Shown piece after piece: positions 53,519 through 64,000 of a stretch of 64,000 bases of DNA. The DNA is taken from positions 392,247 through 456,246 of the forward strand of contig CAVYOL010000002.1 of the NCBI GenBank assembly GCA_963770105.1. The letters are read 5' to 3'. The DNA is from an uncultured Acidimicrobiia bacterium (GTDB lineage Bacteria > Actinomycetota > Acidimicrobiia > IMCC26256 > JAENVU01). Each line of letters opens with the position of its first letter. Positions within the stretch are counted from its first letter, which is position 1. The position numbers were made by a program, and so were the translations under genes. Under the pieces are notes generated by a model. The model ran no database searches. It worked only from the letters and a program-made list of their open reading frames with translations, and was not told the origin of the DNA.

Positions 53519-54784
53519 ATGGCCGACGGCTTCGACGCGCTGGAAGCCTCCGACCCCGCGGTCGCCGACATCGTGCGGCGCGAGGTGGAGCGCCAGAACA
53601 CCACCATCCAGCTGATCGCGTCCGAGAACTTCACGTCACCCGCGGTGCTGGAGACCCAGGGCACCGTCCTCACGAACAAGTATTCCGAGGGCTACCCGGG
53701 CAAGCGCTACTACGGGGGCAACCTCGTGGTGGACGAGGCCGAGGAGCTGGCCCGCCAGCGGGCCTGCGCGCTGTTCGGCGCCGAGCACGCGAACGTGCAG
53801 CCGCACTCCGGGGCGAACGCGAACATGGCCGTCTACCTCGCCCTGTTCTCGCCCGGCGACAAGCTCATGGGGATGCGCCTGGACCAGGGTGGGCACCTCA
53901 CCCACGGGTCGCCGGTGAACTTCAGCGGTCGGATCTACGACTTCGTCGCGTACGGCGTCGACCCCGATGCGGAGACGCTGGACTACGACGTGATCCGCGA
54001 CCTGGCCAAGGTGGAGCGGCCCAAGGCGATCATCGCGGGCGCGACGGCGTACTCGCGCATCATCGACTTCGCGGCGTTCCGCTCGATCGCCGACGAGATC
54101 GACGCGCTGCTCATCGTCGATGCCGCGCACATCGCCGGGCTCATCGCCGGCGGCGCGCACCCGAACCCCGTGCCCTACGCCGACGTCGTGACGTTCACGA
54201 CGCACAAGACCCTGCGTGGACCGCGCGCCGGCGCGATCCTCTGCCGGGAGCAGCACGCGGCGGCGATCGACAAGGCCGTGTTCCCCGGTCTGCAGGGTGG
54301 GCCGCTGATGCACGTGATCGCGGCCAAGGCCGTCGCCTTCCACCTCGCCGCGCAGCCCGAGTTCCGCGAGTACGCCGCGCAGATCGTGCGCAACGCGCAG
54401 GCGCTGGCCGGTGGGCTGGCGGATGAGGGCTTCCGTATCGTCTCGGGCGGGACGGACAACCACCTGATGCTCGTGGACCTGCGCCCGTTCGGGGTCACCG
54501 GGAAGGTGGCCCAGGAGGCGCTCGACCGGTCCGGGATCACCTGCAACAAGAACGCGATCCCGAACGACCCGGAGAAGCCGTTCGTCACCAGCGGGCTCCG
54601 CCTCGGCACCGCCGCCGTCACGACCGCGGGCATGGGGGAGTCCGAGATGACGGAGATCGCGGCGCTGATCGCGACGGTGCTGCGCGCTCCGGACGATGCG
54701 GGCGTGACCCGGGAGGCGCTCGACGCGGCCCACCGCCTCTGCGCGAAGTACACGCCGTACCCCGAGCTCGCAGCCGGCCGGTAG
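53519..54784 (+). CDS. glyA: Serine hydroxymethyltransferase
   Basis: [46 protein letters not shown]. Confidence 0.97.
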   Translation: MADGFDALEASDPAVADIVRREVERQNTTIQLIASENFTSPAVLETQGTVLTNKYSEGYPGKRYYGGNLVVDEAEELARQRACALFGAEHANVQPHSGANANMAVYLALFSPGDKLMGMRLDQGGHLTHGSPVNFSGRIYDFVAYGVDPDAETLDYDVIRDLAKVERPKAIIAGATAYSRIIDFAAFRSIADEIDALLIVDAAHIAGLIAGGAHPNPVPYADVVTFTTHKTLRGPRAGAILCREQHAAAIDKAVFPGLQGGPLMHVIAAKAVAFHLAAQPEFREYAAQIVRNAQALAGGLADEGFRIVSGGTDNHLMLVDLRPFGVTGKVAQEALDRSGITCNKNAIPNDPEKPFVTSGLRLGTAAVTTAGMGESEMTEIAALIATVLRAPDDAGVTREALDAAHRLCAKYTPYPELAAGR

Positions 54785-54796
54785 GAGCACCCGTAC

Positions 54797-55996
54797 ATGG
54801 GCGGTTACGCGATCGTGTTTGCGGTCGCGCTGCTGACGACGCTCGCGATGACCCCGCTCGTCCGCCGGCTCGCGATCCGGATCGGCGCGATCGTCCCGCC
54901 GAACGATCGGGGCGTGCACACGAAGGCGATGCCGACGCTCGGCGGCGCGGCGATGTTCGTCGGCTTCCTGGTGGCGATCGCGGTGGCGTCCCAGATCCCA
55001 CAGTTCCACGAGATGTTCAACGGGTCCTCCGCGCCGGCCGGGTTGATGCTCGGCGCCGGCGTGATGTTCGCGGTCGGCGCGCTCGACGACCTCCGCGAGG
55101 TCTCGCCGCCGGCCAAGCTCGCCGGAATGGTGCTCGCGGGGAGCCTGCTCTCCCTGCTGGGCGTCTCGATGGTGTTCTTCCGGATCCCGTTCGCGGGTCA
55201 GGACACGCTGGTGCTCTCGCCCGACCTGGCTCCGCTCGTCACCGTGATCGTGGTCGTCGTGTTCGCCAACGCGATCAACCTGATCGACGGGCTGGACGGG
55301 CTCGCGGCGGGCATCGTGATCATCGCCGGCACCGCGCTGTTCCTCTACTCGGACCGGCTGTTCAAGGGCGGGTTCCTCGAGGGGGACAACATCGCGCCGC
55401 TCGTCGCGGTGATCGCGGTCGGGATCTGCGTCGGCTTCCTGCCCTTCAACTTCAACCCGGCGCGCATCTTCATGGGCGACGCCGGCGCGCTGTTCCTGGG
55501 GCTGCTGCTGGCGACCACGACGATCACGATCGGCGGCCACGCGGACTACCAGTACCCCGGCACCACCTACTTCTTCTACGCGCCGCTGTTCATCCCGATC
55601 GTGATCCTCGGGGTCCCGATCCTGGACACCGCGTTCTCGATCGTCCGGCGCGCGGTGCGCGGGAAGTCCTTCGCGGTCGCGGACAAGGACCATCTCCACC
55701 ACCGGCTGATGCGCCTCGGCCACGGCCCCCGGCGCACCGTCGTGATCCTGTGGCTCTGGACCGCGCTGCTCTCGGGGCTGGCGCTGCTGCCGACCTACAC
55801 GAGCTCGGGGAACCTCAACGCGCTCGTGCCGATCGGGGTGTTCGCCCTCGCGCTGGTGCTGTACGCGCTGTTCGGGCCGGGCCGGCGCGCCGCCGGGTCC
55901 GACGCGGAGGTCGAGGCGGCGGAGGACGTGGACGAGCCCGAATCCGAGCTCGGTGACGTGGTGGACCTCGAGAGCCGCCGCCGCAACGTCCGCTGA
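54797..55996 (+). CDS. wecA: Undecaprenyl-phosphate GlcNAc-1-phosphate transferase (WecA/TagO, MraY family)
   Basis: PTLGG, GALDD, NAINLIDGLDGLA, IFMGDAGA, DKDHLHHRL. Confidence 0.9.
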   Translation: MGGYAIVFAVALLTTLAMTPLVRRLAIRIGAIVPPNDRGVHTKAMPTLGGAAMFVGFLVAIAVASQIPQFHEMFNGSSAPAGLMLGAGVMFAVGALDDLREVSPPAKLAGMVLAGSLLSLLGVSMVFFRIPFAGQDTLVLSPDLAPLVTVIVVVVFANAINLIDGLDGLAAGIVIIAGTALFLYSDRLFKGGFLEGDNIAPLVAVIAVGICVGFLPFNFNPARIFMGDAGALFLGLLLATTTITIGGHADYQYPGTTYFFYAPLFIPIVILGVPILDTAFSIVRRAVRGKSFAVADKDHLHHRLMRLGHGPRRTVVILWLWTALLSGLALLPTYTSSGNLNALVPIGVFALALVLYALFGPGRRAAGSDAEVEAAEDVDEPESELGDVVDLESRRRNVR

Positions 55997-56052
55997 CGAC
56001 CCGGCCCGGGGCCGCCCGGCGCGGCGAGATCGGCAATGTGACAGCCTTCGGT

Positions 56053-56097
56053 TTGACCGCGCCAGGGGCGCCGGGTAGTTTGCGAATACATTCACAA
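56053..56097 (+). promoter_or_regulatory. atp operon promoter with overlapping Rex-like operator
   Basis: TTGACC-N17-TAGTTT; TTGCGAA-TACA-TTCACAA at 56080-56097. Confidence 0.7.
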
Positions 56098-56156
56098 GCA
56101 GGGCTTCCGCCGCCCGCACGCAACGCGATCGGCGGGCCGGTGGGGGAAGATCGGGG

Positions 56157-56416
56157 TTGGAACTCCGGAGCAGATGGGCGAGGCCCGGCGCGAGCGGCGG
56201 GGCCGACGACGGTCTGAGCCAGGCGCTGAGCCTGGTGGTCGGCCCGGTGATCTTCGCGTTCCTCGGCTACCTCCTCGACCAGGTCCTGGGCACCAGCCCG
56301 TTGTTCCTGGTGGCCTTCGGGATCCTCGGATTCCTGGCCGCAGTCCTCGCGCTCTACTTCCGGTACCAGGCCGCAATGGCCAAGCAGGAAGCCGACAAGC
56401 CATGGAATCGTCGCCA

Positions 56417-56423
<7 letters not shown>
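56157..56423 (+). CDS. AtpZ/AtpI-family (ATPase gene 1) membrane protein
   Basis: GYLLDQVLGTSPLF motif with two TM helices; first gene of the atp operon. Confidence 0.8.
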
Positions 56424-57906
<1,483 letters not shown>

Positions 57907-57916
57907 GGCGTCCGTC

Positions 57917-58455
57917 ATGCATCCTGCAGTGCTGCTTGCGGCGAGCGTGAGCGTCAAGGCGAAGAACCCGATCGTCCCGGAGACGAAGGAGATCGTCTGG
58001 GCGGTCATCAGCGTTCGCCATCGTCTTCGCCCTCCTCGCGTGGAAGGCGTGGCCGGCGATCAAGAAGGCCATCGCGGACCGCGAGGCGCACATCCGCACG
58101 GACCTCGAGCGGGCCGAGTCGGCCAAGAGCGAGGCCGAGACGTCGCTGGTCCAGTACCAGCAGCAGCTCGCGGAGGCGCGCAACGAGGCCGGGAAGATCA
58201 TCGAAGAGGCCCGGCTCGCCGCGGACCAGGTGCGCAAGGACCTGATCGCCCGGGCCGAGACCGAAGCCGCCGAGCTGCGGGTCCGGGCTCAGGAGGACAT
58301 CCGGCTGGCGACCGAGCGGGCGCTGCTCGGACCTGCAAGGCCGCGTGGCCGAGCTGTCCATCGAGCTCGCCGAGAAGGTCGTCGAGCGGAACCTCGACCG
58401 CGACACGCAGATCGCGCTCATCGAGAGCTACATCAACCAGGTGGGGAGCCGGTAA
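57917..58455 (+). CDS. atpF: ATP synthase Fo subunit b (frameshifted)
   Basis: NPIVP, TM helix, WPAIKKAIADRE, AEARNEAGKIIEEAR, AEKVV. Confidence 0.92.
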
Positions 58456-58458
58456 CCG

Positions 58459-58988
58459 ATGGCTGAAGCCGACCGGATCGAGGCGTACGCCCGGGCGCTG
58501 CTGGAGGTCGCGCGGGCCGAGGGCAACTCGGCGAGGTGGAGGACGACCTCTTCCGCTTCGCACGCGTCTTCGAGGGCAACGACGACCTGCGCATGGCGCT
58601 CACCGACCCCTCGCTGCCGACGGACCGTCGGATGGCGGTGGTCGAGGAGCTGATGGGCGGCAAGGCGCTCAACGTCTCCGCCGCGCTCGCGTCGTTCGTC
58701 GTGGGCATCGGCCGGGCGGCCGAGATGCCCGAGATCGTCGACCGGTTCGTGAAGCTCGCCGCGGGCGAGCGTCAGCACGAGGTCGCCGAGGTCCGCAGCG
58801 CGGTGCCGCTCGACGAGGGCCAGCGCCGGCGCCTCGCGGACGCGCTCTCCCAGGCCACCGGCAAGCAGGTCGAAGTCAAGGTGATCGTCGACGAGAAGGT
58901 GCTCGGCGGTCTCGTCGCTCGCATCGGCGACACGGTCATCGACGGCACGATCCGCCACCGCCTCGAGCAGCTGAAGGAAACGATCTGA
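58459..58988 (+). CDS. atpH: ATP synthase F1 subunit delta (frameshift ~58530)
   Basis: YARAL, VRSAVPL, VDEKVLGG..RIGDTVIDG. Confidence 0.93.
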
Positions 58989-59027
58989 TGGCAACAGGAC
59001 ACATCGCAACTTCCGGGAGCACCTCAC

Positions 59028-60632
<1,605 letters not shown>

Positions 60633-60635
60633 TGC

Positions 60636-61643
<1,008 letters not shown>

Positions 61644-61659
61644 GCCCAGGAGCGCAACC

Positions 61660-63114
<1,455 letters not shown>

Positions 63115-63120
63115 GTCACC

Positions 63121-63542
63121 GTGCCGCTGCACGTCGAGGTCGTCTCGCCGGAGAGCATCCTCTACGAGGGTGAGGCCGAGCAGGTCGTCTGCCGGCCGAC
63201 CGGTGGGGAGATCGCGTTCCTGCCCGGCCACGCAGCCGTTCGTCGGCGCGCTCGAGACCTATCCGGTGCGCGTGCTGCTGCCGGGGTCCGGCGAGGTCGT
63301 CGTCGCGGTGCACGGCGGGTTCGTCGAGGTGCGCGACGACCGGGTGACGGTCCTGTCCGACGTCGCCGAGCTGCCCGGAGCAGATCGACGTCGTGCGCGC
63401 GCAGACGGCCAAGGAGACCGCCGAGGCCGCCGTCGCCGCGGACGCCGACGACGTCGAAGCGGCCGCCGCGCTCAAGCGGGCCGAGCTGCGGCTGCAGGTC
63501 GCGGGGGCCGGTTCCACCGCCGGGGCCGCCCACGGCGGCTGA
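63121..63542 (+). CDS. atpC: ATP synthase F1 subunit epsilon (frameshifted)
   Basis: VEVVSPE, GEIAFLPGH, VHGGFVEV, ALKRAELRL. Confidence 0.93.
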
Positions 63543-63582
63543 CCGCGCCCGGGCATCGGTCGATCCGCGCGAACCTGCGCTG

Positions 63583-64000
63583 ATGCCGAAGCGGGTGCGG
63601 AGGATCTGGAGCCGGCTCGGCGCGCCCGTCATCGCGGTGCTCGTGCTGACGCTGGCCGGCGTCGCGGTCGGGTCTCCGAGCGCGGGGGCGTCACCGAAGG
63701 TGGCCAAGGCCGCCAACGTCCGGGCCTTTCGCGGGCTCGGCACCTGGGTCGACGTCTACGACTACGGACCGAAGTTCCAGGGCTCCAGCGGTGCCCTCAC
63801 CTCGGTGACGCCGGCGTCGGTGGACGACATGGCGCGGCTCGGCGTGAAGACGATCTACCTCCAGGCCTCGCAGGACGACACCCGGTCCCAGGGGACGCTC
63901 GTCGACCGCAAGCTCATCGGCGACATCCTGCGCCGGGCGCACAGCCACGGCGTCAAGGTCGTGGCCTGGTACCTCCCGCACTTCGCCGATGTGGACCGCG
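63583..64000 (+). CDS. Secreted protein, probable glycoside-hydrolase-like TIM barrel (truncated at window end)
   Basis: Signal peptide; GLGTWVD, GVKTIYLQ, AHSHGVKVVAWYLP. Confidence 0.6.
   Translation, partial: MPKRVRRIWSRLGAPVIAVLVLTLAGVAVGSPSAGASPKVAKAANVRAFRGLGTWVDVYDYGPKFQGSSGALTSVTPASVDDMARLGVKTIYLQASQDDTRSQGTLVDRKLIGDILRRAHSHGVKVVAWYLPHFADVDR

Noticed and set aside
53636-56119. Long antisense and off-frame ORFs (this 827-aa one, 29152-31473 and many others)
   Set aside because: These are shadow ORFs typical of high-GC DNA, overlapping well-supported genes and lacking recognisable motifs.

Overview
High-GC actinobacterial chromosome segment. An Acidimicrobiia-like origin is inferred from gene content and order, not established. 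The window runs from the 3' end of prfA and prmC to glyA, a wecA-type gene and the complete F1Fo ATP synthase operon. Between these normally adjacent housekeeping blocks lie about 52 kb, mostly a very large cell-envelope glycan locus. It contains a priming transferase, a Wzm/Wzt ABC exporter with a methyltransferase-coiled-coil partner, Wzx/Wzy/Wzc-like genes, rmlA/B/C, an amino-sugar pathway, GT2/GT4 enzymes and two GT-C-type membrane transferases. The strongest signal is four secreted proteins embedded in this locus: an amidase, a GH73-like glucosaminidase, a CAP-domain protein and an 809-aa lectin-like protein. Each ends in exactly three copies of the same ~95-100 aa repeat (NPxGxLD...GWAxDPD...RxDV...HGF...VCxYxIN...LGC), and two are preceded by a clear sigma28-type promoter motif. 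This suggests an SLH/CWB2-analogous glycan-anchoring system. Other notable items are a DUF4012 gene next to a tiny LPFTG-anchored peptide, an active plus degenerate PD-(D/E)XK nuclease pair, tetO-like operators upstream of a TetR gene, and a Rex-like box at the atp promoter. Many genes, including essential atp genes, are broken by small indels, most likely sequencing or assembly errors. Coordinates of frameshifted genes are therefore approximate. All family assignments come from motif recognition by eye; no searches were run.
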